Positions 10,538-20,401 of a DNA stretch of 64,000 nucleotides are shown piece by piece. Each line of letters opens with the position of its first letter. Positions within the stretch are counted from its first letter, which is position 1. The DNA comes from Candidatus Microgenomates bacterium (GTDB taxonomy: Bacteria > Patescibacteriota > Microgenomatia > Daviesbacterales > UBA10151). The notes beneath the pieces are model-generated. The model was not told the origin of the DNA. It was given only the letters and a program-made list of their open reading frames with translations, and searched no databases. A program made the position numbers and the translations under genes. The stretch spans positions 39 through 64,038 of the forward strand of contig JACOYE010000011.1 in NCBI GenBank assembly GCA_016182045.1, read 5' to 3'.

Positions 10538-11413
10538 TCCTGAGTGGAGTCGAAGGATCTGTTTTACATTGGCACTGGTTTGATTGGCAACATCTTCTAA
10601 AGAAATCTCTTTTAGCTGGGCAATCAGTTGAGCAATCTCTAAAACATTGGCTGGTTCATTTCTTTGGCCTCTTTTTGATTGAGGAGGCAAAAATGGGCAG
10701 TCTGTTTCCAAACAGATTTTTTCTAAAGGCAACAATTTAGCAGCTTCCCTTAAATATTCATTTTTAGGATAAGTAATGGTGGCTGCAAAGGATATTAGTA
10801 TACTCGGTTTCTCGAATACTCGTTTCGTCGTTTGTAGCAAGCCACTGTAACAGTGGAGTATAGTTGGGTGGTTACCAACCATCTTCAGTACTTCATCCCA
10901 TGCTTCGCTGTTTTGTGGATTGTGTGATCTATCATCCCTGCAGTGAACAATTAAAGGTAAATTTAGTTTCTTAGCTAAATCAATCTGGGCTTGAAACAAC
11001 TGGCGTTGCAGTTGTTTTATCTTGGAAACAGATAGGGTAGGCGGAGTAAATTCTGGATCAGAATAATAATCTAGTCCACATTCTCCAACAGCTACCACTT
11101 TTTTAGGATTATCACTATAGATTTTTCCCAATAGATCTATATCTTCTTGGACAAACCTTGTACGATCGGATAATGTTTGTCCATTTTTGGCATATTTTAT
11201 GGCCTCATGGGGATGGATACCAATGGTGGAATACCCTTCGACTCCGCTCAGGGCAAGTTTATCCGAAACTTGAGCAGCCTCCCTAGATTTCTCCACATCA
11301 ACACCAACATTTATGATAATGCCAACTCCAGCATCCTTGGCTCTTTGAATAACCTCATCAAGATCCTGCTTATAATCTTTCCAGTAAAGATGAGCATGAG
11401 TATCTACCAGCAT
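10535..11413 (-). CDS. TatD family metal-dependent hydrolase (start moved to internal Met, MLVDTHAHL)
   Basis: MLVDTHAHL..., HCRDD and ILHCYSG TatD motifs. The longer ORF-track start would overlap the divergent gene at 11496. Confidence 0.8.
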   Translation of the reverse strand: MLVDTHAHLYWKDYKQDLDEVIQRAKDAGVGIIINVGVDVEKSREAAQVSDKLALSGVEGYSTIGIHPHEAIKYAKNGQTLSDRTRFVQEDIDLLGKIYSDNPKKVVAVGECGLDYYSDPEFTPPTLSVSKIKQLQRQLFQAQIDLAKKLNLPLIVHCRDDRSHNPQNSEAWDEVLKMVGNHPTILHCYSGLLQTTKRVFEKPSILISFAATITYPKNEYLREAAKLLPLEKICLETDCPFLPPQSKRGQRNEPANVLEIAQLIAQLKEISLEDVANQTSANVKQILRLHSG

Positions 11414-11495
11414 ACCCCTGATTTTATCAGAAATAACAATCCTCTTTAATCTCTTGCTAAAAGATGTTATAAGATAGGGAGATAAATAATCCTTT

Positions 11496-12830
11496 ATGAG
11501 CATAACTACAGTTGAAAAAATTGAGAGGTTTCCTGCTGATCGACCAGTAGCTATTGTTTTGGGTAGCTCCAGAGGTATCGGGGGTGCTGCAGCAGAAGCT
11601 TTAGGAAAAGCAGGAATTAGTGTTCTTGGTACTCATGCTCATGAGCAGTTTAATAAAAGGCAATCTCAAGTAGAAACAAGAGTTCATCAAAGTGGAGGGT
11701 ATATGCATTCAATTGTGGCTGATATGACCAAAGGAGTAGGTCATCAGGCCCTACTTGAAACTTCTCGCATAGTGGCTCCTGATGGGTTTGATTACATAGT
11801 TATCAACTTTGCAGTGGGATTAGAAGAGAATGCCGATGATGCGTACGCGGAAAAAGGTAATATTGCTGCTCCGATAAGAATACTGGAGATGTTCTTGCCC
11901 ATGATGCATCGAGGAGGCAAAGCGCTATACGTAACCAGCCTTTGGGCAGATAGGTATGGAGAGTTGGAACAGCCACCAGGATATGAGAAAAGAGTTGCTC
12001 GACCTAAAAAAATTACTCAGCAATTACTGATTAATAGAATTCCCTATCTTTCTTCATTAGGGATAAATCTTGGTTTTGTGCGAGGACATGTCATCAAAGA
12101 TACTGGTTTTTACACCATAGCTCAGCGTAAATATCCTGATTTATTAGAGAAATTAAAGTTGACGGCTGAAGATGGAGATTTTGCAACTGCTGCAGATATG
12201 GGCACTGCCATAAGAGATATGATAATAGGTGGATTTGAGACAGGCGATATGATGAGTGTAGGAGGCACAGAAGCATATCCTTATACAGGAGTTCAGCCCG
12301 CACCGTTCGTACTAAATAGAATGCAAATTTCTGAAAACTGGTTGCCGATGTATGGGGATGATAAGTTGCTAATTGATCTATTTGTCTCCCACAAAGATAA
12401 AAACACAGGGCAGGCTCGTTTTGATGTAATGCAAAGAAATGTAGAAGGTCATTTTAAAGAAGGCTATGCGGGCGGAATTCAGGTATTTCGAGGGGTGGAG
12501 ATTCTAGAAGCTGAGGTTCAAACGGTAGGGGCTATTGTGCGGGCACGCGATCCTAATATGATTATAGTCCCAGCTGGCGAAGGAAAAATCCCACTTTTCC
12601 GTAAGGCACAAGTTGCGTGGGATGGAATGGTATTCCCAGGTGATCAAATTATTATGGATGGGGAGATTATATCTGTAGAAAAGAATTATGTTACAGCTGT
12701 ATGCAAGGCCTGGATTAGGGGTGTAGGGATTATTTCTCAGAGTGAGGTAGGGTTTAACCTTGCATCGCCAAAGGTTGCTCAAAGACTAATTAAGGAACAA
12801 AAGGCTTTAAGAGATAAATACTGGGATTAG
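11496..12830 (+). CDS. Fusion protein: N-terminal Rossmann/SDR-like domain plus C-terminal FabZ/FabA-like hotdog dehydratase domain
   Basis: The N-terminus VAIVLGSSRGIGGAAAEALGKAG is glycine-rich TGxxxGxG. The C-terminus NVEGHFKEGYAGGIQVFRGVEILEAEVQ...FPGDQIIMDGEII matches the hotdog HF..PG..ILEA.AQ core. GC looks somewhat higher than neighbouring genes by eye. Confidence 0.5.
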   Translation: MSITTVEKIERFPADRPVAIVLGSSRGIGGAAAEALGKAGISVLGTHAHEQFNKRQSQVETRVHQSGGYMHSIVADMTKGVGHQALLETSRIVAPDGFDYIVINFAVGLEENADDAYAEKGNIAAPIRILEMFLPMMHRGGKALYVTSLWADRYGELEQPPGYEKRVARPKKITQQLLINRIPYLSSLGINLGFVRGHVIKDTGFYTIAQRKYPDLLEKLKLTAEDGDFATAADMGTAIRDMIIGGFETGDMMSVGGTEAYPYTGVQPAPFVLNRMQISENWLPMYGDDKLLIDLFVSHKDKNTGQARFDVMQRNVEGHFKEGYAGGIQVFRGVEILEAEVQTVGAIVRARDPNMIIVPAGEGKIPLFRKAQVAWDGMVFPGDQIIMDGEIISVEKNYVTAVCKAWIRGVGIISQSEVGFNLASPKVAQRLIKEQKALRDKYWD

Positions 12831-12851
12831 TTAAATTAAAAGCATTAATAG

Positions 12852-13475
12852 TTAACTGTTTCTTAAATTTATTCCTAATGTTGTAATGAATCTATAATCT
12901 TCTTTTAAGTTTTCAACAACAGATCTTCTATGAGAGAAATAATCCTTACTTTCATAAGTACAAATTTTTGGATTGTCTATATTTTTCTTTAAGACACTAA
13001 GCTTTTGCAGTTGATCTTCTGCTAATTGCCAAAGATTTAGTCTGTAATGACACGGCCCAATAGATGGACCGAATTTTACAATTAAATCTTTAGGATTTGT
13101 ATTAAAATTTTTCTTCATACTTTTAACTACATTTTTTATTATGTCCTTTTCTAATCCTCTCCATCCTACATGAATTAAACCAATAGCATTATGCTTTGGG
13201 TCATAAAGACCGATGGGAATGCAATCGGCAATTTTCACCATTAAATATATTCCTGTTTCATTGGTAATTAGTCCATCTGCTTTAGTATCTGAACTTGGTA
13301 GGCGGTTGGTAACACTGATTATCTTATTACTATGTATTTGTTTGACTTCAGCAACAGAGTTTGGATTAATCCCCAGTCTTTTTAGAAATTTTTTTCTATT
13401 TTCTAAGACTGTCTTTTTATCTTCTCTGAAAAAAGACATGTTTCCATCTGAAACTTTTGAAGATACAAAAATCAT
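12852..13475 (-). CDS. PgeF/YfiH family (laccase-domain, DUF152) protein
   Basis: N-terminal DGNMSF, ADCIPIGLYDP and LIHVGWRGL motifs. Confidence 0.8.
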   Translation of the reverse strand: MIFVSSKVSDGNMSFFREDKKTVLENRKKFLKRLGINPNSVAEVKQIHSNKIISVTNRLPSSDTKADGLITNETGIYLMVKIADCIPIGLYDPKHNAIGLIHVGWRGLEKDIIKNVVKSMKKNFNTNPKDLIVKFGPSIGPCHYRLNLWQLAEDQLQKLSVLKKNIDNPKICTYESKDYFSHRRSVVENLKEDYRFITTLGINLRNS

Positions 13476-14890
13476 ATACGTGGGAACAACGGTAGTGCTG
13501 ATTTAATTGCTCCCAAGAATTGTTTTTCTATTTTTTGGGCAGTTTCGGGGAGAAATGGTCTAAGATTGTAGGCTATAGCCTGAATTCTTTTAACGTAATC
13601 TTCTAAAATTTTCTTTAATTCTTGCCCGGACAATTCCCAAGGTTTGTCCTGATTAATTTTTTTATCTGCCTCAGTAATAAGTTGCCAAATTACAGATAAG
13701 GCCTCATTAAATTTAAACTCCCCCATATATTTTTCCAAATCAGCACACCAAACATTAGATCTTGTGGTAGCCTCTATATTATTTTGTTCACAAAGTTTAG
13801 CCACTCTGGCCACCAAATTCCCCAATCCATTTGCCAAATCTGCATTATAGCTTTCTTTAAATTTTTCCTCTGAAAAATCCCCGTCTTGAAATGGCGAGAG
13901 TTTGGCCAGTAGGTAATACCGCAACGGGTCAGCACCATATTTTTCCACCAAGGGTATTGGATCTAAAACATTGCCCAAAGTTTTGGACATCTTTTGACCT
14001 TCCACAGTAATATATTCATGGACCAACAACTTTTTTGGTAAAGGTAATCCTGCAGACAATAAAATGGCTGGCCAATAAACAGCATGGAATCTAATAATCC
14101 CTTTGCCAATGACATGTATGTCAGCCGGCCACCATTTTTGATATTTTTTATCATCCCAGCCAAAACCTATACCCGACTGATAAATATTTAAAGCATCAAA
14201 CCAGACATAGATTCGCTGAGTTGGGTCATTTGGGACAGTCACACCCCAATTCTTTGCTCTCTCATTGGTCCTTGAAACACTAAAATCCTGTAAGCCCTTT
14301 TTTATGAAGGACAGGACTTCGTTTTTTCGAAATTGCGGGACAATTTGGTATTCATCTGATTCAATGATTTGAATCAATTGATCTTGATACTTTGATAGCT
14401 TGAAGAAATAATTTTCTTCGCTGACCTCTTCTAATTTTTTACCCGGATGCTCAAAGCATTCACCGTTTTCATTAAGTTCCTCTTTTGCATAAAAGGTTTC
14501 ACAACCTACACAATAAAGACCTGAATATGATTTTTTGTAGATATCACCTGATTTAGCACATAGTTGCCATAATTTTTGGGCGGATGGATAATGATGTTTT
14601 TGATCGCTGCCTTTTTGGAAGACATCAAATTGGATATTAAGTTTTTGAGCCAGGTTTTCAAAAAGCCTGGCATTTTGATCAACAAGAGTTTGTGTGTCTA
14701 GGCCTGCTTCCTCAGCAGCTTGGACATTTTTTAAGGCATTTTCATCAGCCCCAGACAGCAGCAAAACTTGCTTATCCAGCAACCTGTGAAAACGGGCAAT
14801 TGTATCTGCCTGGATAAACTCCAGCGCATGACCTATGTGGGGTTTAGCATTAACATATGGAATTGCTGTTGTGATATAGAACTTGCTCAT
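13472..14890 (-). CDS. metG: Methionyl-tRNA synthetase (short form without C-terminal tRNA-binding domain)
   Basis: PYVNAKPHIGHA (HIGH) and KMSKTLGNV (KMSKS), 472 aa. Confidence 0.9.
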   Translation of the reverse strand: MSKFYITTAIPYVNAKPHIGHALEFIQADTIARFHRLLDKQVLLLSGADENALKNVQAAEEAGLDTQTLVDQNARLFENLAQKLNIQFDVFQKGSDQKHHYPSAQKLWQLCAKSGDIYKKSYSGLYCVGCETFYAKEELNENGECFEHPGKKLEEVSEENYFFKLSKYQDQLIQIIESDEYQIVPQFRKNEVLSFIKKGLQDFSVSRTNERAKNWGVTVPNDPTQRIYVWFDALNIYQSGIGFGWDDKKYQKWWPADIHVIGKGIIRFHAVYWPAILLSAGLPLPKKLLVHEYITVEGQKMSKTLGNVLDPIPLVEKYGADPLRYYLLAKLSPFQDGDFSEEKFKESYNADLANGLGNLVARVAKLCEQNNIEATTRSNVWCADLEKYMGEFKFNEALSVIWQLITEADKKINQDKPWELSGQELKKILEDYVKRIQAIAYNLRPFLPETAQKIEKQFLGAIKSALPLFPRI

Positions 14891-14894
14891 AAAT

Positions 14895-15266
14895 CTAAAT
14901 ACCCTTTCTTAGTCTGGTTATTCTAGGAATTCTTGGCAGTTTAGTCAAATTAATTTTTCTAAAATAACTGGCCAATAGCCCTACTGCTATTGCTGTCAAA
15001 ATTCCTGTGACTAAATTTAGAGAGTCTAGTGATTTGAGGATCATTAGAAAGATTAAGCCCAAAGAGAGAGAAGTTGAGATAAAAATATTTTTTAAGAAGA
15101 TGTTTAAAGTTAAAGTTATAGCCAAAAACAGGGGGATAAAAAATGATAAAAGCTGGATTATATTTGCCTGAGTGATACTTTCCGGATAGGGAATCTGTAA
15201 AACTACATATCCAAAAATCCCCCATAAAAAGAGGGAGGGAATAATCTTTGGGATAATTTTGACCAT
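14895..15266 (-). CDS. Small integral membrane protein, unknown
   Basis: Hydrophobic 123-aa ORF between metG and sbcC. Confidence 0.3.
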   Translation of the reverse strand: MVKIIPKIIPSLFLWGIFGYVVLQIPYPESITQANIIQLLSFFIPLFLAITLTLNIFLKNIFISTSLSLGLIFLMILKSLDSLNLVTGILTAIAVGLLASYFRKINLTKLPRIPRITRLRKGI

Positions 15267-15280
15267 AAATCCATTGTAAC

Positions 15281-17440
15281 CTAAACGCCCACTACCTCAA
15301 AGGTAGAACCTGCTGCATTTTTGGAAACTTCAATCCGCACAGGAAATTCTTCTTTTAGTTCTTCCAAATGAGTTATTACCAAGATTTTTTCAAAATCATT
15401 CTTGATAGCATCTAAAACTTCCACAATCCTTGTTCTCCCCTCCACATCTTGCGTTCCAAATCCTTCATCTATCACCAAAAATTGTAATTTTGCCCCGGCT
15501 CTTCTTGTTAGAAGTTTTGATATAGCCAAGCGGATGGCAAAATTAACTCTGAACTGCTCACCACCACTATAGGCTTCATAGGATCTTTCACCCATCTCAT
15601 CAGAGATAATAATATCTAATGTTTCAATAATGCCTTTTTCTCCGCTTTCCAGTTTAGTCTTGGTTTCTCTTTGAGTAAGCAGAGAAATTTTCATCCGGCC
15701 ATCAGTCAGTTTGTCTAATAAACTGTTAGCTTCATCCTCAATTTCCGGTATGGCAGATTCAATGATCATGGCCTGAATACCTTTTTTTCCAAAAGCAAAT
15801 TGCAACTCATCCAAAATTTCTTTTTCTTTTTGTAAATTACTTTTATCTTTTTGTTTCTCTTCTTGTAATTTCTCTAACTGTTTAGATCTGGAGATTAATT
15901 CTTCTGCCCTTCCCAAAAGGCCTCTTACCTGCTTTTCTTCTAAGCGCAAGTTGGTAATCCTATTTTCTTTTTGTTCCAATATAATTTTTACTTTTCCTAA
16001 GTCTTGGTCTATTTGGGGAAGTTTTTCAGCCTCCTTTTCCAATACCTTGACTTGTTCTTCTTTATTTTTATAAAGAGCGCGCAGATCCTCAACAGTTTTT
16101 CTTTCTGTTTCTAAAGCTGCTTTATTTTGTAAGGCATTTTCTTTCTGCTTTTGTAAATCTTCCAGTTGCTTTAACTCAGTCTGAATATTTTCAAGCTTTT
16201 TTTCATCAAAAGTAACTTCTTTTAAATTGCTTACTAATTTATTAAGTATATTTTCTTCATCTTGTGTCTTAATTTTTGAAAGTTCGTTTTGTTTTTGTTG
16301 CAATTTATTGGCAATCTCTAACTTGATTTGATGTTTTTGGTCTTTGTTAATTAATTGCCCACAAGTGGGACATTTTGCCCCTTTTTGTTCTAGCGTAGTA
16401 ACCTGCTTTTTTAACTGGTCAATTTCCTGCCCCAAAAGGTTCCTCTGTTGATCCTTAAGCTTGATTTGGTAGGAAACTTCACTAATTTGTTTTTCTATCT
16501 CCAATTTTTTTTGATTTTGGATTATCAATTTATCAGCCTCTTTCTTAAGGAACTTTAACCTTAAAAGTTCCTTTTCCATGTTTTCTAAATTTGAGATTGA
16601 TTGTTCTAACTCCTTTATACGATCTGCTCTTTGTTTTCCTTGAGAAACAATTTGTTCCAACTCTTGTCTTTGAAAGTTTAAATTTTGTTCCATTTTTTGA
16701 CGTTGCTCCAAAACAATATTTAGTGTTTCTTTCTCCTTTTGCAAGATGTTGATTTCTTGTTCTAATATCTTGATCTCACTTTCTACTTTGCTTACTTTTT
16801 GTTTGGTTTGATCAAGTTCTTTTTCTCTTTCATCTTTTTGGGATAATTCTGCCTCAATTTCCAAAAGCTGATATTCCAAAAGTTGCAGTTTGGCTTGGAT
16901 TTCTTTAACTTTATCTTTGGCTTTTTCCTCTAAAATATCATAATCAGATAAACCCAAAATATCAGAAAGAATTCTTTTTCTATCAGTTGGACCTTTGGTG
17001 GTAAACTCATCAGCATGCCCTTGCCTTAAAAATGCAGAGTTGGTGAAAGTCTCAAAACTGAGATGCAGAAGATTGATAATTTTCTCCTGGGTTGCTTTGA
17101 TAGTTCCTTCAGTTAGATTATAACTGCCAGACCAAAGTTCCAAGGAGGTTGAACCGCCGCCCTTTTTTGATCTTTGTCTTTTGATGGTAAATTCCCCTCC
17201 ATCTAATTTAAAAGAAAATTCTACCCACATGTCATTTTTGCCAAGATGAACTAATGAGTCTGAAGAATCCCCAGTTCGAGATTGCCCCCAAAGACACCAG
17301 GTGATGGCATCTAAAAGTGAAGATTTACCGGCCCCGTTTGGGCCGGAAATGGCTGCCAAATGAAATTTTCTAAAATCCAACTCCTTTGGCCCATCAGAAT
17401 AGGAAGTGAAATTTGATAATTTAAGAGAAACAGGTATCAT
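15281..17440 (-). CDS. sbcC: SbcC/Rad50-like SMC-type ATPase with zinc hook
   Basis: Walker A GPNGAGKSS, long coiled coil with central CPTCGQ hook, C-terminal signature SGGEQFRVNFAIRLA and Walker B FLVIDEGFG. Overlaps sbcD by 4 nt. Confidence 0.85.
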   Translation of the reverse strand: MIPVSLKLSNFTSYSDGPKELDFRKFHLAAISGPNGAGKSSLLDAITWCLWGQSRTGDSSDSLVHLGKNDMWVEFSFKLDGGEFTIKRQRSKKGGGSTSLELWSGSYNLTEGTIKATQEKIINLLHLSFETFTNSAFLRQGHADEFTTKGPTDRKRILSDILGLSDYDILEEKAKDKVKEIQAKLQLLEYQLLEIEAELSQKDEREKELDQTKQKVSKVESEIKILEQEINILQKEKETLNIVLEQRQKMEQNLNFQRQELEQIVSQGKQRADRIKELEQSISNLENMEKELLRLKFLKKEADKLIIQNQKKLEIEKQISEVSYQIKLKDQQRNLLGQEIDQLKKQVTTLEQKGAKCPTCGQLINKDQKHQIKLEIANKLQQKQNELSKIKTQDEENILNKLVSNLKEVTFDEKKLENIQTELKQLEDLQKQKENALQNKAALETERKTVEDLRALYKNKEEQVKVLEKEAEKLPQIDQDLGKVKIILEQKENRITNLRLEEKQVRGLLGRAEELISRSKQLEKLQEEKQKDKSNLQKEKEILDELQFAFGKKGIQAMIIESAIPEIEDEANSLLDKLTDGRMKISLLTQRETKTKLESGEKGIIETLDIIISDEMGERSYEAYSGGEQFRVNFAIRLAISKLLTRRAGAKLQFLVIDEGFGTQDVEGRTRIVEVLDAIKNDFEKILVITHLEELKEEFPVRIEVSKNAAGSTFEVVGV

Positions 17441-18621
17441 TCTAATAGCTGGGCAGCGTATTTTTCCATGATCTTTTGTTTTTCCAAAGGTATTTTTTTG
17501 GCTTGAAAATACATCCTTAAGGCCTCAACCGGTGTTAAGCTTTCAACCTCTATTTCACTACTTACTCTTACTCTATCTATCCTCTCTACATTTTTTGAGA
17601 TACCAGCTAAAAAGTGAGCATCTTTTAAAGCCTTTTTAACTTGATCAATTAGAATTTCGCTGTTTAAGTCAGCAGGAATATTAATATTTATTCGGACTAT
17701 TTTATTCTCTATATCATGCTTTTTTATTTCATCTAAAATTGTTTGGGTAGGATCCGGGTCATCAGATTTTAAATCAATAATGATGGTTAAAAATTGTCTG
17801 GCATTAGTGGGGATGAATTGGATGGTGGATGGTGGATGGTGGATGGTGGACTTTATTTCCACCAAACATATTCCTTTTTCTTCTTTTTCCTCCCCAAAAT
17901 CAATTCTTTGGGGTGATCCGGAATAAACAATTAAAGGGTCTTTTCCTAAAATCTGGTGTTTATGAATGTGTCCTAAAGCAACATAAGAGAGTCGTTTATC
18001 TTGTAAAAGTGGCAAGGGAATTGTCACATCATTTCCAATAGCCATGCCTTTTTCGCTGCCATATTGGGCCCCGACAACCTCAGCGTGAGATAACAAAATA
18101 GCAGGTCCATCTGATGTGATTTTGTCATACAAAAGATTGAGTTTTTCACCAACAGTTTTGTAATCATTTTTATGAAGCCAGGGTAGAGTGATAACTTGTA
18201 AATCACCACTTTTGGTGGGAATTTTTAAAAGTTCTGGTTTTCTGGAAACATAAACGTTGTCAATCTCCAAAGCAGAGTAAATATCTAAAGTATTGGCTTT
18301 TCCTTGAGCATTTGGAGTATCATGATTGCCCACCACTAAAACTACTGGTAATTGTCTGGCCAGTTTTCTTATTCTTTCACCAAAGCCTCTTTGCTGAGTA
18401 GGATTTGGATCGCGGGTTTTGTAAGCGTCTCCTGCAAAAACTACACAATCAACATCTTCCTTAAAAGCTGTATCAATAATAAAATCAAAAGTCTGGAAAA
18501 AGTCTAAAAGTCTGGTGGAAAGCCCAGTTTGGGGATCCAACTTTGCATAATTTTCCATACCGATGTGAATATCAGAAAAATGCAGGAGTTTCATGGCACT
18601 CGCGATTTTATCATAGTCCAT
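17437..18621 (-). CDS. sbcD: SbcD/Mre11-family nuclease
   Basis: The calcineurin-like phosphoesterase motifs HFSDIHIG, GDAYK, GNHD and GHIH are present. It lies in an operon with sbcC. Confidence 0.85.
   Translation of the reverse strand: MDYDKIASAMKLLHFSDIHIGMENYAKLDPQTGLSTRLLDFFQTFDFIIDTAFKEDVDCVVFAGDAYKTRDPNPTQQRGFGERIRKLARQLPVVLVVGNHDTPNAQGKANTLDIYSALEIDNVYVSRKPELLKIPTKSGDLQVITLPWLHKNDYKTVGEKLNLLYDKITSDGPAILLSHAEVVGAQYGSEKGMAIGNDVTIPLPLLQDKRLSYVALGHIHKHQILGKDPLIVYSGSPQRIDFGEEKEEKGICLVEIKSTIHHPPSTIQFIPTNARQFLTIIIDLKSDDPDPTQTILDEIKKHDIENKIVRININIPADLNSEILIDQVKKALKDAHFLAGISKNVERIDRVRVSSEIEVESLTPVEALRMYFQAKKIPLEKQKIMEKYAAQLLE
17821..17848. repeat. Perfect tandem repeat (gatggtg)x4 inside the sbcD coding region (encodes STIHHPPSTI on the minus strand)
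   Basis: Read directly: gatggtggatggtggatggtggatggtg. The unit length of 7 is not a multiple of 3. Confidence 0.9.
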
Positions 18622-18627
18622 GCTACA

Positions 18628-19770
18628 ATGTCAGCCATGTTTGAGCGAAGAATAAAAATATTAAAGCAACATTTAAAAAGAGAAAAATTGGATGGAGTTT
18701 TAATCTCATCTGTTCCTAATATTACATATCTGACCGGCTATTCCAATTTTTTTAAAGAGGAAAGAGATGGTTATCTTTTAATAACCAAAGATAGAAATTA
18801 TATTTTAACTCACTCTATTTACAGTAAGGCTATAAATATCTCAAATTTTAAAGTAGTTGAAATAAGTCGTAGGGAACCGCCTGCAAAAGTAATGCAGAAA
18901 ATCTTAAAAAATAATGATGCATATATTGGAATTGAAGAACATGATTTAAGGGTTTATGAGTATAAGAAATTAGTTTTTGTTTTTAAAAATCTGAAAAACT
19001 TTGACCTAAAAATAAAAAGATCTATTAAGGATAAAGATGAGATTGAATTAATTTCCAAAGCATGTCAGATTGGTGATAAAGTTTTTAAAAAAGCAGTAAC
19101 AAAAATTAAATTAGGAATTTCTGAAAAGAAACTTGCTTTTGCAATAGATAATGTAATTAAAAAATTGGGTTATGAACCTTCCTTTAAAATTATTATTGCA
19201 TTTGGTAAAAATGCAGCATATCCTCATCATGAATCAGGAAAAGATAGGTTAAGAAAAAATCAGTTTGTTTTAATGGACTTTGGTGTAAAGTTTGAAAATT
19301 ATTGTTCTGATATGACTAGAACTGTCTTTTTTGGTAAACCTAATAAGAAACAAATAAAAATGTATGAGACAGTACTGAGGGCCCAACAAAAGAGTGTAGA
19401 TTCCATAAATGAAAGCATTAAAAAAGGCAAGAAAATTTTGGCTAGAGATATTGATAATGTGGCAAGAGAGTACATAGAGTCAAAAGGTTTTCCAACTATT
19501 CCACATTCCTTGGGCCATGGGATTGGACTTGAGGTACATGAGCATCCGAGCCTTTCTTCAAAAAGCAAAGATTTCTTAAAAGAGGGGATGGTTTTTTCTA
19601 TAGAACCAGGAATTTATATTCCAGGTTTTGGCTCGCCTCGCTCGACTCGTCTCGCGACGAAGCGGACGCGAGTCGAAGCGGGCGGAGTAAGGATTGAGGA
19701 TTTATATTTATTTACAAATAAGGGTTTAAAACAAATTACCACTTCCCCTAAAAGTCTAATCGAGTTATAA
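18628..19770 (+). CDS. M24 family Xaa-Pro aminopeptidase/prolidase (start moved to internal Met)
   Basis: The metal-ligand motifs DFGVKFENYCSDMTRT, HGIGLEVHE and GVRIEDLYLFT are present. The earlier ORF-track start would overlap sbcD. The gene contains an in-frame GC-rich palindromic insert (SPRSTRLATKRTRVEA). Confidence 0.8.
   Translation: MSAMFERRIKILKQHLKREKLDGVLISSVPNITYLTGYSNFFKEERDGYLLITKDRNYILTHSIYSKAINISNFKVVEISRREPPAKVMQKILKNNDAYIGIEEHDLRVYEYKKLVFVFKNLKNFDLKIKRSIKDKDEIELISKACQIGDKVFKKAVTKIKLGISEKKLAFAIDNVIKKLGYEPSFKIIIAFGKNAAYPHHESGKDRLRKNQFVLMDFGVKFENYCSDMTRTVFFGKPNKKQIKMYETVLRAQQKSVDSINESIKKGKKILARDIDNVAREYIESKGFPTIPHSLGHGIGLEVHEHPSLSSKSKDFLKEGMVFSIEPGIYIPGFGSPRSTRLATKRTRVEAGGVRIEDLYLFTNKGLKQITTSPKSLIEL
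19630..19686. repeat. GC-rich palindromic element (family 1: ctcgcctcgct...gcgggcgg), inserted in-frame in the M24 peptidase gene
   Basis: ggctcgcctcgctcgactcgtctcgcgacgaagcggacgcgagtcgaagcgggcggag. It interrupts the conserved PG-GGVRIED block. Internal inverted repeats tcgactcg/cgagtcga. Confidence 0.6.
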
Positions 19771-19774
19771 TATT

Positions 19775-20401
19775 TTGTTTCTTGCTATGGATAAATGGAC
19801 GAAGTTAACAACTAAAGAAACTATCAATAAAACCATAGAGGCCTTAAAGGCCAATGGGATAGAGGCACATTTTGTAGAAAATGGTAAGAAGGCCAAAGAG
19901 TTGGCTTTAGAATTAATTCCTGAGGGTAGTGAGGTGATGACGATGAGTTCAACTACCTTAGACACCATCAATTTGTCTGAAGAGGTAAATAAAGAGGGAA
20001 GCAAATTTAAACCAGTCAGAGACAAACTTTATTCCATGGATCCAACCACTCAATTGCAGGAAATGAATCGTTTGGGGGCAGCACCCCAATATACTTTGGG
20101 AAGTGTTCATGCAGTCACAGAAGAGGGACAAGTTTTAATTGCCTCAAATTCCGGCAGCCAGCTACCTGCTTATGCATATGGTGCATTGCATGTAATTTGG
20201 GTAGTAGGGGCACAAAAAATTGTGAAAAATATTTCGGAGGGAATAAAGAGGATTTATGAACACTCCTTTCCTTTAGAAGATGAAAGAGCCAGTAAGGCTT
20301 ATGGAATTGGCAGTGGAGTCAATAAAATTTTAATTATTAATAAGGAAAAACAAATAGGAAGAATTACTTTGATTTTTGTTAATGAAAAATTAGGTTTTTA
20401 A
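19775..20401 (+). CDS. LUD-domain protein (LutC/YkgG-like)
   Basis: MDKWTKL...IEAHFVENGKKA...QVLIASNSGSQLP resembles the LUD/DUF162 fold. Moderate confidence. Confidence 0.5.
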   Translation: MFLAMDKWTKLTTKETINKTIEALKANGIEAHFVENGKKAKELALELIPEGSEVMTMSSTTLDTINLSEEVNKEGSKFKPVRDKLYSMDPTTQLQEMNRLGAAPQYTLGSVHAVTEEGQVLIASNSGSQLPAYAYGALHVIWVVGAQKIVKNISEGIKRIYEHSFPLEDERASKAYGIGSGVNKILIINKEKQIGRITLIFVNEKLGF

